Counted from the first letter of the stretch, positions 8,945 to 18,288 are shown. The stretch: 32,000 nucleotides of DNA from Paracoccus suum (GCF_003324675.1 NZ_CP030918.1:690001-722000); one strand, 5' to 3'. Numbers and translations are program-made. Notes: generated by a model not told the origin, from the sequence alone.

Positions 8945-8956
8945 CTCCCCGGGGAG
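8945..8956. promoter_or_regulatory. Perfect 12-bp palindrome CTCCCCGGGGAG (candidate operator or leader hairpin)
   Basis: Self-complementary 12-mer flanked by imperfect CCA...TGG extensions, 18 nt from the first palindrome. Function is untested. Confidence 0.3.
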
Positions 8957-9105
8957 TTGGCAAAGGCGCGCCGGTCGGGAAATAACCTGTCCCAGAACCC
9001 GGAAGGTCGGTGAACATCCTGCCCGGTTGCGGCGTTCACGGTCGGGCACTCCCCGCCGCCGGCAGGGCGTTCAGTCCGCATGCAGCCATCCGAGGAGATC
9101 ACGTC

Positions 9106-11295
9106 ATGGCCAAGACCCCCCCTTCGTCCGCAGGAAAGCCCGCTGACCCTAAGGGGTTGCCGCCGAACCCCGCCGACGATCTTAATTTCCCCACCAACTC
9201 TGACCCCGTCACTGCGCAGTTCGAATCGCAGCGCGGAAATGGCGACGAATTGCAGCAGGTGACCCGGCCCGGCGATCCGGCGCGGATGACCACCAACCAC
9301 GGCGTGCCCATCAGCGACAACGAGAACAGCCTGCGTATGGGCGCTCGCGGGCCGACCCTGCTGGAGGACTTTGCCCTCCGCGAAAAGATCTTTCACTTCG
9401 ACCACGAGCGCATCCCGGAGCGGATCGTCCATGCACGCGGCAGCGCCGCGCATGGCGTGTTCGAGGTCACCGAGGCAATTCCCGAGTTCACCCGCGCCGC
9501 GCTGTTCCAAAAGGCCGGCAATCGCTGTGATGTGTTTGTCCGCTTTTCCACCGTGGCAGGCGGCGCCGGCAGCGTGGACACGCCGCGTGACGTGCGCGGT
9601 TTTGCGACCAAGTTCTATACCCCCGAGGGCAACTGGGACCTGGTCGGCAACAACATCCCGGTGTTCTTCATTCAGGACGCGATGAAGTTCCCTGACCTCG
9701 TTCATTCGGTGAAGATGGAGGCGGACCGCGCCTATCCTCAGGCCGCCACGGCCCATGACACGTTCTGGGACTGGATCAGCCTGATGCCCGAGGCCATGCA
9801 CATGATCATGTGGGCCATGTCCGACCGCGCCATCCCGCGCAGCTTCCGCATGATGGAGGGCTTTGGGGTCCACACTTTCCGGCTGGTCAATGCCGAGGAC
9901 AAGGCGACCTTCGTCAAGTTCCACTGGAAGCCGCGCCTCGGCATCCAGTCACTGGTCTGGGACGAAAGCGCCAAGCTGCAAGGCGCCGACAATGATTTCC
10001 ACCGGCGCGATCTGTTCGAGTCCATTGCCGCCGGCCACTTCCCGCAGTGGGATCTTGGCATCCAGACCTTTGACGCGGCCTTCGCCGATGCTCAGCCCTA
10101 TGATGTGCTGGACGCGACCAAGCTGATCCCGGAAGAGGATTGCCCGGTGAGGCTGATCGGCACGATGACGCTGAATCGCAACCCCGACAACTTCTTTGCC
10201 GAGACCGAGCAGGCGGCGTTTCTGCCCTCGAACGTCGTACCCGGCATCGACTTTTCCGATGACCCCCTGCTGCAGGGACGGCTGTTCAGCTACCTCGACA
10301 CGCAGAAATCGCGGCTTGGGACGACGAACTTCCACCAGATCCCGATCAACGCGCCGCGCTGCCCGATGCACAACTTCCAGCGTGACGGCATGATGCAGAC
10401 CCAGATCCCCAAAGGCCGGGCCAATTACGAGCCGAACTCGCTGGGTCAGCGGGGCGAGATCGGGGGCCCGCGCGTCGACGCGGTCGGCGGCTATCGCACG
10501 ATCAAGAGCGCGACCGACCTCGGGAACGAGCCGACCGAAAAGCTGCGCATCCGGGCCGAGAGCTTTGCCGACCACTTCAGCCAGGCGCGGCTATTTTACA
10601 AGTCGCAGACCGAGACCGAGCAGGGCCACATGGTCAGCGCCCTGATCTTCGAGCTGTCCAAGGTCGAGATCGCAGGCATCCGTGAGGCGGTGCTGGCGCA
10701 GATCCAGAACATCGACATGGGCATGGCGCAGCGTGTCGCCAACGGTCTTGCGATGGACCTGCCCCCGGCTGCCAAGGCCGCGGTCAAGCCGGTCGACATG
10801 AAGCCCTCGGACAAGCTGTCGATCCTCAAGCAGGCGCGCCCGATCAGCACCGGCCGCAAGCTGGGGATCCTCGTCACCGACGGGATCGACAAGGCGGCGG
10901 TCGATGCGCTGAAATCGGCGGCCGAGGCCGGCGGCGCGGCGGTCACCATCGTGGCGCCGAAGATCGGCGGCGTCACGCTGAAGGACGGCAGCAAGCTGCC
11001 GGCCGACGCCCGCCTCGACGGAACGCCCTCTGTGGTGTTCGATGCGGTGGCGATCGTCGCATCAGCCGAGGGCGGCAAGCAGCTGGCGGCCGACGCCGCG
11101 GGTATCGACTTTGCCGCCTTTGCCTGGGCGCATCTCAAGGCGATCGCCGCCTCGCCCGAGGCACAGCCGCTGCTGGACAAGGCCAATGTCGGCAAGGACG
11201 ACTTCATCCTTGCGGCGAGCGATGCCAAGGGCGTGGTCGACAAGCTGTCGCAGCGCGCCTGGGCCCGCGAGCCGCAGGTCCGTCCGCAGTTCTGA
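9106..11295 (+). CDS. katE: Large-subunit (HPII-type, clade 2) monofunctional catalase
   Basis: ORF 9010..11295 trimmed to ATG 9106, with GAGGAG 10 nt upstream. Motifs [21 protein letters not shown] and [27 protein letters not shown] are present. The ~150-aa C-terminal flavodoxin/DJ-1-like extension ([13 protein letters not shown]...) is typical of HPII. Confidence 0.95.
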   Translation: MAKTPPSSAGKPADPKGLPPNPADDLNFPTNSDPVTAQFESQRGNGDELQQVTRPGDPARMTTNHGVPISDNENSLRMGARGPTLLEDFALREKIFHFDHERIPERIVHARGSAAHGVFEVTEAIPEFTRAALFQKAGNRCDVFVRFSTVAGGAGSVDTPRDVRGFATKFYTPEGNWDLVGNNIPVFFIQDAMKFPDLVHSVKMEADRAYPQAATAHDTFWDWISLMPEAMHMIMWAMSDRAIPRSFRMMEGFGVHTFRLVNAEDKATFVKFHWKPRLGIQSLVWDESAKLQGADNDFHRRDLFESIAAGHFPQWDLGIQTFDAAFADAQPYDVLDATKLIPEEDCPVRLIGTMTLNRNPDNFFAETEQAAFLPSNVVPGIDFSDDPLLQGRLFSYLDTQKSRLGTTNFHQIPINAPRCPMHNFQRDGMMQTQIPKGRANYEPNSLGQRGEIGGPRVDAVGGYRTIKSATDLGNEPTEKLRIRAESFADHFSQARLFYKSQTETEQGHMVSALIFELSKVEIAGIREAVLAQIQNIDMGMAQRVANGLAMDLPPAAKAAVKPVDMKPSDKLSILKQARPISTGRKLGILVTDGIDKAAVDALKSAAEAGGAAVTIVAPKIGGVTLKDGSKLPADARLDGTPSVVFDAVAIVASAEGGKQLAADAAGIDFAAFAWAHLKAIAASPEAQPLLDKANVGKDDFILAASDAKGVVDKLSQRAWAREPQVRPQF

Positions 11296-11330
11296 CGTCC
11301 GCGAGGGCGGCCGTATATCGTTAAAAATCG

Positions 11331-11362
11331 CGCCGTCCCCACAGCGGGGGGCGGCGTTTTCT
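11331..11362 (+). terminator. Rho-independent terminator downstream of katE
   Basis: 10-bp GC-rich stem (11331-11340 pairs with 11347-11356, one G-U pair), 6-nt loop, followed directly by TTTTCT. It begins 36 nt after the katE stop. Confidence 0.7.
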
Positions 11363-11422
11363 CGCGGCCGCCAGGGGTGCCGGAACGCTCACGATCCTTT
11401 CGGCACATCGTGATGATCCAAA

Positions 11423-12049
11423 ATGCTTTTCCGGCGTTATCATGATGCCATGAACATTCGCAGCATCGCCCTCGCGCCCGTCCTCGCCCTTCTCGCCGCG
11501 GCCCCTGCCTCGGCCGAGAAGATTTCGCTCAACGAAATTTCGCGCTACCTCAACAGCCTCAAGTCGGCAGTCGCCGATTTCAGCCAGGTTAACAGCAATG
11601 GCTCGGTCACGGCCGGCAAGCTGTACATCCAGCGCCCGAACCGTGTGCGGTTCGAATACGGCGGCAAGAACAAAACGCTGGTGCTCGCCTCGGGCGGGCA
11701 GGTCGCGGTGTTTGACGGCAAGTCGAACCAGCCACACCAGGAATACCCGCTGGCCAAGACGCCGCTGTCGATCATCCTGGCCGACAACGTGAACCTCGGA
11801 CGGGCCAACATGGTGACCAGCCACACCGAGAAAAAGAACACCACCATCGTCAAGGCGCAGGACCCCGCACATCCGGAATACGGCAATATCCAGATGGTGT
11901 TCACCGCCAACCCGACCGAACTGCGCCAGTGGATCATCACCGACGACACCGGCAAGAAGACCACTGTGGTGCTGGGCGAGATGCAGAAGGGTGTGAAGAT
12001 CGCGCCGTCCGCCTTTGCGATCGCCAACGAGGTCGCACGCCGTAAATAA
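11423..12049 (+). CDS. LolA-like outer-membrane lipoprotein carrier family protein
   Basis: Signal peptide MNIRSIALAPVLALLAAAPASA, then FSQVNSNGSVTAGKLYIQRPNRVRFEY...LVLASGGQVAVFD, typical of the LolA fold. The start is ambiguous (ATG 11423 or ATG 11450) and neither has a clear SD. Confidence 0.75.
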   Translation: MLFRRYHDAMNIRSIALAPVLALLAAAPASAEKISLNEISRYLNSLKSAVADFSQVNSNGSVTAGKLYIQRPNRVRFEYGGKNKTLVLASGGQVAVFDGKSNQPHQEYPLAKTPLSIILADNVNLGRANMVTSHTEKKNTTIVKAQDPAHPEYGNIQMVFTANPTELRQWIITDDTGKKTTVVLGEMQKGVKIAPSAFAIANEVARRK

Positions 12050-12076
12050 ACCGTCGCAATCCGCTGGCGGCGAGGC

Positions 12077-12103
12077 CCATGGCGTTGCACGTTGGCGCCA
12101 TGG
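12077..12103. promoter_or_regulatory. 8-bp inverted repeat CCATGGCG-N11-CGCCATGG between lolA-like and choX-like genes
   Basis: The arms at 12077-12084 and 12096-12103 are perfectly complementary. This could be an operator or a weak terminator. No U-tract. Confidence 0.3.
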
Positions 12104-12154
12104 CAGGACGTCGCCCGCGGGGCGGCACTGGCCGCAACATTGGGGATTTCCGCG

Positions 12155-13102
12155 ATGCTCAAGCTGAACCGCATCCTCGCGCTGGTGACCGTTGCCGTAG
12201 TGGCCGGTCCCGCGCTGGGCCAAGGCGCCAACGATCCGGCCGCGTGCAAAACGATCCGCATGTCGGACCCCGGCTGGACCGACATCAATTCAACCAACGG
12301 CATTGCCAAGACAGTGCTGGATGCGCTCGGCTATGACGCGCAGGTCACGACACTGTCCGTGCCGATCGGGTTCGAGGCGCTGAAATCCGGGCAGAGCGAC
12401 GTCTTCCTGGGGAACTGGATGCCTGCGCAAGCCAGCTTTCGCGCCGACCTGGACAAGGCCGGCGCGGTCGAGGTGCTGAACCGCAACCTCGAGGGGGCAA
12501 AGTTCACGCTGGCCGTGACCGGCCCGGGCGCAAAGCTGGGCGTCAAGGATTTCGACGACCTCGACGCCCATCGCGACGCCTTCGAGGGCAAGATCTACGG
12601 CATCGAGCCGGGCGCCCCGGCGAACCAGTCCATCGGCAAGATGATCGAGGCAGACGCCCACGGCCTCGGCGATTGGGAACTGGTCGAGACGGGCGAGCAG
12701 GCGATGCTGGCGCAGGTCGCGCGCAACGATGCCGCCGGAAAGCCGAGCGTGTTCCTCGCCTGGGCCCCACACCCGATGAACGAGACGCTGCAGATCACCT
12801 ACCTGACCGGCGGCGACAAGGAATTCGGGCCTAACTACGGCGGCGCCGAGGTCTTTACCCTGGCGCGCAAGGGCTGGGCGGCCGAATGCCCCAATGCCGC
12901 CAAACTGCTGAAGCAGATGACCTTTACCGTCCCGATGGAAAACCAGATCATGGACGGCATCCTGAACAATGGCGAGGCGCCGGCCGATTCCGCCCGCGCC
13001 TGGCTGAAGGCCAATCCCGATGTGCTCGGGCCTTGGCTCGACGGCGTCACGACGCTGGACGGACAGCCGGGGCTGCCCGCCGTCGAGGCCGCGTTGAAAT
13101 GA
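12155..13102 (+). CDS. Choline / quaternary-ammonium ABC transporter substrate-binding protein (ChoX/OpuAC-like)
   Basis: ORF 12092..13102 trimmed to ATG 12155 (GGGGA 8 nt upstream), with signal peptide MLKLNRILALVTVAVVAGPALG. Motifs DPGWTDINSTNGIAKTVLDALGY, DVFLGNWMP and IYGIEPGAPAN match ChoX-type glycine betaine/choline binding proteins. Confidence 0.8.
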   Translation: MLKLNRILALVTVAVVAGPALGQGANDPAACKTIRMSDPGWTDINSTNGIAKTVLDALGYDAQVTTLSVPIGFEALKSGQSDVFLGNWMPAQASFRADLDKAGAVEVLNRNLEGAKFTLAVTGPGAKLGVKDFDDLDAHRDAFEGKIYGIEPGAPANQSIGKMIEADAHGLGDWELVETGEQAMLAQVARNDAAGKPSVFLAWAPHPMNETLQITYLTGGDKEFGPNYGGAEVFTLARKGWAAECPNAAKLLKQMTFTVPMENQIMDGILNNGEAPADSARAWLKANPDVLGPWLDGVTTLDGQPGLPAVEAALK

Positions 13103-14637
13103 TCGAAGGCGGCCAGGCCGGCAACACGGGTAGTGCAGCGCGTCCTAACATCCTGATCCTGATGGTGGATCAGGCCAACGGCACGCTGTTTCCCGACGGT
13201 CCGGCCGCCTTCCTGCGCGCCCCCCACCTGAAGGCGCTGGCGGCGCGGTCTACCCGGTTCGCCAATGCCTATACCGGCTCGCCCCTCTGCGCGCCGGGGC
13301 GCGCCTCGTTCATGTCGGGCCTGCTGCCGTCGCGGCACCGGGTCTATGACAACGCGGCGGAATTTGCCTCGGACATACCGACCTATGCGCATCACCTGCG
13401 CCGGGCGGGTTATGCCACTTGCCTCAGCGGCAAGATGCATTTCGTCGGTCCCGACCAGTTGCACGGCTTCGAGCAACGCCTGACGACCGACATCTATCCC
13501 GCCGATTTCGGCTGGACCCCCGACTGGCGCCGCCCCGGCGAGCGGGTGGACTGGTGGTACCACAACCTCGGCAGCGTCACCGGCGCCGGCGTGGCCGAGA
13601 TCACCAACCAGATGGATTACGACGACGAGGTCGCGCACCACGCCTGCCGCAAGCTCTACGACTATTCACGGGCTGACGACGGCCGCCCGTGGTGCCTGAC
13701 GGTCAGTTTTACCCATCCGCATGACCCCTACGTCGCCCGTCGCAGGTTCTGGGACCTTTATGAGGACTGCCCGGAATGTGCGCCGCCGCCCGCCATTCCC
13801 TACGCCAACCAGGACCCGCATTCGCAGCGGCTGATGGATGCCTGCGATTGGCGCGCCTATGATTTGACCCCCGATCAGATCGCCCGCGCGCGGCGCGGAT
13901 ATTTCGCGTCGGTCAGCTATATCGACGACAAGATCGGCCAGATCCTCGATGTACTGAAGCGCACGCGGCAGGAGGCGATCATCGTCTTTGTCAGCGACCA
14001 CGGCGACATGCTGGGCGAGCGTGGACTGTGGTTCAAGATGAGCTTTTACGAAGGCTCGGCGCGCGTGCCGCTGATGATTGCCGCCCCAAGCATGGCGCGC
14101 GGACGCATCGACACGCCGGTGTCGACCATCGACCTGGTGCCGACGCTGGCCGAGGTTGCCGGCCTGGACCTGGACCCGTTGACGCCCTGGATCAGCGGCG
14201 AAAGCCTTGTTCCGGTGGCGTCGGGCGCGGACCACGGACCCGTCGCGATGGAATACACGGCCGAGGGCAGCATCGCACCGATGGTCGCGCTGCGCGAAGG
14301 GGGGTGGAAATACACCGCCTGCCCCGCCGACCCCGAACAACTGTTCGATGTGGCCAGCGATCCGGGCGAGTTGGCAAACCGCGCGGGCGATCCAACCTGT
14401 GCAGAGCGACTGGACCATTTCCGCAAGCTGGCGGCAGAGCGCTGGGACATGGCGGCGTTCGATGCGCAGGTGCGCCAATCCCAGGCGCGGCGGATGATCG
14501 TCTACGAGGCGCTGCGCAACGGCGCCTATTATCCGTGGGATTATGAGCCCCTGATGGCGGCGTCAGAGCAGTTCATGCGCAACCATATGGACCTGAATAT
14601 CCTCGAGGAAAGCAAACGCTTCCCTCGAGGAGAGTGA
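13099..14637 (+). CDS. betC: Choline-sulfatase
   Basis: ORF 12886..14637 trimmed to ATG 13099, which forms an ATGA overlap with the choX-like stop. The sulfatase signature SPLCAPGRASFMSG (C-x-P-x-R formylglycine motif, about 13278-13319) is present. PNILILMVDQ, FVSDHGDMLGERGLWFKMSFYEGS and the 512-aa length match BetC. Confidence 0.9.
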   Translation: MIEGGQAGNTGSAARPNILILMVDQANGTLFPDGPAAFLRAPHLKALAARSTRFANAYTGSPLCAPGRASFMSGLLPSRHRVYDNAAEFASDIPTYAHHLRRAGYATCLSGKMHFVGPDQLHGFEQRLTTDIYPADFGWTPDWRRPGERVDWWYHNLGSVTGAGVAEITNQMDYDDEVAHHACRKLYDYSRADDGRPWCLTVSFTHPHDPYVARRRFWDLYEDCPECAPPPAIPYANQDPHSQRLMDACDWRAYDLTPDQIARARRGYFASVSYIDDKIGQILDVLKRTRQEAIIVFVSDHGDMLGERGLWFKMSFYEGSARVPLMIAAPSMARGRIDTPVSTIDLVPTLAEVAGLDLDPLTPWISGESLVPVASGADHGPVAMEYTAEGSIAPMVALREGGWKYTACPADPEQLFDVASDPGELANRAGDPTCAERLDHFRKLAAERWDMAAFDAQVRQSQARRMIVYEALRNGAYYPWDYEPLMAASEQFMRNHMDLNILEESKRFPRGE

Positions 14638-14642
14638 GTGCA

Positions 14643-14659
14643 GCCGGCTTCGCGCCGGC
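14643..14659. terminator. Candidate bidirectional hairpin between convergent betC and lipoprotein genes
   Basis: GCCGGC-ttcgc-GCCGGC (6-bp stem) lies in the 30-nt gap between the two stop codons. No U-tract on either strand. Confidence 0.3.
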
Positions 14660-14667
14660 CAGACCGA

Positions 14668-15123
14668 TCAGAGCATCAGGGTGCAGGACGCGGTCTCCGG
14701 CGTGCCTTCCTTGGTCTCGTTGATCATCGTGGCCTTGCCGTTCACGGGCTTGGACAGGCGGATTTTCTGACCGTCCGCCAGCACCAGGCGATAGTCCTCG
14801 CCGACACGCTCGATCGTGGTGATGCGGACGGGGTTGCCGCCCTGGCTGCGGTAGGTGCCCGGCGTCACGGTGAACGAGTTCTCGCCGCACTGCCAGTTGC
14901 CGAGGATCGGCAGCGGCGCGGTCGCATCGGGCGACGAGCCGGCAATCGGGGTCGGCTCGGTCGGGGTGACAACCGTGCTCACGGTCGGGGCCTCGCCGGG
15001 ACCACCCGGGACGGCAACCGTGGTTGCCTCGCCCACGATGGTCTTTTCACCGCCGGTGTTATCCATCGTGCAGCCGGCAACGGCCAGAGCGGCGGCGGAA
15101 GCGCAAAGAATGAGAGCGCGCAT
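14668..15123 (-). CDS. Hypothetical lipoprotein
   Basis: 151 aa with lipobox LAVAGC after MRALILCASAAA, and GGAGGA SD 8 nt upstream. A Pro/Thr-rich linker precedes a ~90-aa C-terminal domain with two Cys. No family recognised. Confidence 0.7.
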   Translation of the reverse strand: MRALILCASAAALAVAGCTMDNTGGEKTIVGEATTVAVPGGPGEAPTVSTVVTPTEPTPIAGSSPDATAPLPILGNWQCGENSFTVTPGTYRSQGGNPVRITTIERVGEDYRLVLADGQKIRLSKPVNGKATMINETKEGTPETASCTLML

Positions 15124-15272
15124 AGGTCATTTCCTCCATTGATACGCCGAGTTAGCAGGTCGGCTTTCGGCGCAGATTTGGTCTGCGCGCGTGGGGGCGT
15201 AACGCCGCACCGCCAGCGTTCGATCCCTCATGGCATGGACGAAGCTGGCAACTGCGACTAGCTTGCATCACC

Positions 15273-16499
15273 ATGAGCGTAGGCCAAGATGTCGTCATTG
15301 CCGGTGGCGGGCTGAATGGCCCGGCGCTGGCTATCGCCTTGGCGGGTGCGGGTCTGTCGGTCACCGTGGTCGATCCTCGCCCCGCAGAGTCGCGCGCGGC
15401 ACCCGGATTTGACGGCCGTGCCTATGCGCTGGCGCTGGCCAGCCAGCGGCTGCTGGCCGCGCTGGGCATCTGGCCCGAATTATCCCCGGAATCGCAGCCG
15501 ATTCTGCATGTCGAGGCCGTGCAGGCCCGCAGTGGGGAGGCGGCCGGTCTGCTCGGCCTGCACTTCGACGCGGCGGAGATCGAGGAAGGCCCGCTCGGCT
15601 ACATGATCGAGGATCGCCACCTGTACGCTGCCTTGCGCGGCGCGATGGCCGACCGTGGCGTGCGGCACCTCGACGGCCGCGCTGTCATCGGCGAAACCGG
15701 TGGTCCGGACGGCATCACGGTGCACCTCTCGGACGGAAGTGACCTTACGTCACGTTTGCTGATCGGGGCCGATGGCCGGGCCTCCGGCGTGCAGCAGCGA
15801 GCCGGAATCAAGCGGATCGGCTGGGATTACGGCCAGACCGCGCTGGTCTGCGCCATCGCGCACGAGAAGCCGCATCACGGCACCGCGCGGCAAGTTTTCC
15901 TGCCGGGCGGACCGCTGGCGATCCTGCCGCTCACCGACAATCGCAGTTCCATCGTCTGGTCCGAGGCGCGCGCCCAGGCCGAGGCGCTGGCGGCGTTGCC
16001 CGATGACGCGTTCATGACAGCGCTGCGCCCCCGCTTCGGGACCCAGCTAGGCGAAATCAGCTTGGCCGGGGCGCGGTTCAGCTATCCCATCGGCCTGACC
16101 TTGGCCGAGCGCTACGTCGCCCCGCGCCGCGCCCTGATCGGCGACGCCGCGCACGGCGTGCATCCGATTGCCGGCCAGGGTCTGAACCTGGGGCTGCGCG
16201 ACGTAGGCGCACTGGCAGAAGTGCTGGTCGAGGCTGCCCGCCGCGGCGAGGATATCGGCAGCGAAGCAGTGCTGGCCCGATATCAAGGCTGGCGGCGGTT
16301 CGATTCGACCGCGCTGGCGCTGGGAATGGACACCGTCAACCGCCTGTTCTCGAACAACAACCCTTTGCTCCGGATGGCGCGGGGCCTCGGCATGGGCGCG
16401 GTCCAGGCAGTTCCGGCCCTGCGCCGGGGTTTCATGCGGCAGGCGGCAGGCCTCTCCATCGATCCAATGCCGCGCCTGCTGACTGGGCGGCCCCTCTAG
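15273..16499 (+). CDS. UbiH/UbiF/VisC/COQ6-family FAD-dependent ubiquinone-biosynthesis hydroxylase
   Basis: 408 aa. N-terminal Rossmann motif DVVIAGGGLNGPALAIAL, the DG motif LLIGADGRAS and ALIGDAAHGVHPIAGQGLNLGLRD are class A flavoprotein monooxygenase signatures of this family. Confidence 0.88.
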   Translation: MSVGQDVVIAGGGLNGPALAIALAGAGLSVTVVDPRPAESRAAPGFDGRAYALALASQRLLAALGIWPELSPESQPILHVEAVQARSGEAAGLLGLHFDAAEIEEGPLGYMIEDRHLYAALRGAMADRGVRHLDGRAVIGETGGPDGITVHLSDGSDLTSRLLIGADGRASGVQQRAGIKRIGWDYGQTALVCAIAHEKPHHGTARQVFLPGGPLAILPLTDNRSSIVWSEARAQAEALAALPDDAFMTALRPRFGTQLGEISLAGARFSYPIGLTLAERYVAPRRALIGDAAHGVHPIAGQGLNLGLRDVGALAEVLVEAARRGEDIGSEAVLARYQGWRRFDSTALALGMDTVNRLFSNNNPLLRMARGLGMGAVQAVPALRRGFMRQAAGLSIDPMPRLLTGRPL

Positions 16500-16500
16500 C

Positions 16501-17706
16501 CTATTCAGCCGGCAGGATCGTGCCTTCGCAACGGCCAAAGCCGATCCGGTAGCCTGGGCCTTGGGAATGGCCCTCCAGCGTGACGCTGTCGCCATCCTCC
16601 AGAAACGTGCGCCGACCCCGAGCCGTTTCTACCGGAAACTTGCCGCCCTCGGTCATCTCGAGCAGCGCGCCGGTCTGATCGCGCGCGGGGCCGGAAATAG
16701 TCCCGCTGCCCAGCAGATCGCCGATGCGCATCGGACAGCCCGAGCTGGTGTGGTGCGCCAGTTGCTGGGCGCTGGAATAATACATGACGGCATAGTTCAC
16801 CCGCGCCATGACCTCGCCATTAAGCGACCAGGACAGATCCAGGTCGTAGAGACCCGGCCGAGCCTCGGCCAGATAGGGCAGCAGCGGGTTTTCCCGGGGC
16901 GCGCCTGCGCGGCGAAAGGGCTCGAGCGCGGCGCGGGTCACCACCCAGGGGCTGATCGTCGTGGCAAAGGCCTTAGCCTGGAACGGGCCGAGCGGCTGGT
17001 ATTCCCAGGCCTGGATGTCGCGGGCGGACCAGTCGTTCAGCAGCACATAGCCAAAGATCATCGCCTCGGCCTCGGCGACGCTGACGCGCCCGGTCGAGGG
17101 TTGGCCGACGATGGCGCCCAATTCAAGCTCCAGATCCAGGCGGGCGCTCGCTGCCCAGCGCGGACCGTCCTCGCCCCGCAACTGGCCCATCGGACGCCGT
17201 ACCGGCGTGCCCGAGACGACCACGGACGAGGCGCGGCCGTTATAGCCGATCGGCATATGGGTCCACTGCAGTGGCAGCGCATTCTCGGGTCCTCGAAACA
17301 GCGCGCCGACGTTGAAGGCGTGGTTCCGCGATGCGTAGAAATCGGTGTATTCGCTGACGGTGATGGGCAGGTGCAGCGTCGCGCCCACCATCGGGAACAG
17401 CGGCAGATCGCGGTTTCCCCCATCCTCGGCCAGCAGATCGGTGAGCCGCGCGCGGACCCGTTCCCAGACCGCCGGGCCTTGCGCCATGAACGCGTTCAGC
17501 GCGGACGCTGCGAATGCGCCACCAGCGTCAAGGAAGCCCACAGCCTCACAGGCTGCCAGATCAACAATTTGATCGCCGATCGCCACCCCGCAACGCGGCG
17601 CGGTGCCGGGGGTCGCAAAGACTCCATAAGGCAGGTTCTGCAGGGGAAAATCGCTGTCCGGGGCGTTCGCGGTGGCAACCCAGCTACGACGGGACGTGGC
17701 GATCAT
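16501..17706 (-). CDS. fahA: Fumarylacetoacetase
   Basis: 401 aa. The N-terminal domain DFPLQNLPYGVF...CGVAIGDQIVDL and the C-terminal FAH fold (YTDFYAS, HMPIGYNGRASSVVVSG, LNDWSARDIQAWEYQPLGPF, GDLLGSGTISG) are both present. Confidence 0.92.
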   Translation of the reverse strand: MIATSRRSWVATANAPDSDFPLQNLPYGVFATPGTAPRCGVAIGDQIVDLAACEAVGFLDAGGAFAASALNAFMAQGPAVWERVRARLTDLLAEDGGNRDLPLFPMVGATLHLPITVSEYTDFYASRNHAFNVGALFRGPENALPLQWTHMPIGYNGRASSVVVSGTPVRRPMGQLRGEDGPRWAASARLDLELELGAIVGQPSTGRVSVAEAEAMIFGYVLLNDWSARDIQAWEYQPLGPFQAKAFATTISPWVVTRAALEPFRRAGAPRENPLLPYLAEARPGLYDLDLSWSLNGEVMARVNYAVMYYSSAQQLAHHTSSGCPMRIGDLLGSGTISGPARDQTGALLEMTEGGKFPVETARGRRTFLEDGDSVTLEGHSQGPGYRIGFGRCEGTILPAE

Positions 17707-17853
17707 CGGCGGCTCCGAAGGGCTGCGGCATGGCCTGGCAGCGATAGCGCGGAAACGGTTTCATTTGCAACGATTGGCCAGCGCGCGGATCGCCGCCCTC
17801 GACGGCTGGCGCCCACGGCCGATAGGGTGCACCGACCCCCTGCCGGTGTGCCG

Positions 17854-18288
17854 ATGTTCGATCTCGACGCCTTTCTGCCCTTTCGTCTGAACCTGCTCGC
17901 GGAACGGATCAGCCGGCTGGTCCAGCCTGTCTATCGTGACAGCCATGGCCTCAGCCGGGCCGAATGGCGCGTGCTGGCCCATCTGGGCGCGCGGGGACAT
18001 TCGACCGCGTCGGCGCTGATCGGGTTGACCGCAATGGACAAGGTCAAGGTCAGCCGTGCCATTTCGGGGTTGGAGACACGGGGCTGGATCGCCCGGACCA
18101 CTGATGATCGCGACCGACGCATCAGCCGCCTGGCGCTGTCGCCGCAGGGACGAGCGGCATTGGATGGCCTCGCTCCGGTGATGACGGCCCGCGAGGCTGA
18201 GGTGCTCGCCGGGCTGAACCCCGTTCAACGCGCCCGGTTGGTCGCGGCCCTTGCCGATCTTGAGGCGGCACTGGCGGCCGCCGACTAG
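17854..18288 (+). CDS. MarR family transcriptional regulator
   Basis: 144 aa from ATG 17854 inside the artefactually long ORF 16561..18288. It has the winged-helix core LSRAEWRVLAHLGARGHSTASALIGLTAMDKVKVSRAISGLETRGWIARTTDDRDRR. It is divergent from fahA (147-bp intergenic region). Confidence 0.88.
   Translation: MFDLDAFLPFRLNLLAERISRLVQPVYRDSHGLSRAEWRVLAHLGARGHSTASALIGLTAMDKVKVSRAISGLETRGWIARTTDDRDRRISRLALSPQGRAALDGLAPVMTAREAEVLAGLNPVQRARLVAALADLEAALAAAD

Noticed and set aside
8880-9010. A yybP-ykoY (Mn-sensing) riboswitch in the leader of the TerC-family gene
   Set aside because: This is a well-known association, so I looked for it. The leader contains GGGGAGGGTGGGGCTTGACC, which only superficially resembles the GGGGAGUAG and UUGACA elements. 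Those elements should be tens of nucleotides apart in a four-helix architecture, which I cannot build here. An Infernal scan with RF00080 would settle it.
8806-9924. A 372-aa minus-strand ORF, and other frames across katE (9949..10575, 10596..11408), lolA-like (11321..12309) and betC (12835..13641, 13666..14478)
   Set aside because: Each is antisense to a gene with strong family signatures, and none has motifs of its own. Same artefact class.
12886-13098. N-terminal extensions offered by the ORF track (12886 for betC, 20997 for the 820-aa gene, 16561 for MarR, 28060 for sqdB, 9010 for katE, 1408, 2608, 4729, 9017, 19424)
   Set aside because: The extensions overlap the preceding gene or are Arg/Pro-rich. 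Internal starts restore canonical N-termini, SD motifs or ATGA stop-start overlaps, so the shorter models were used.
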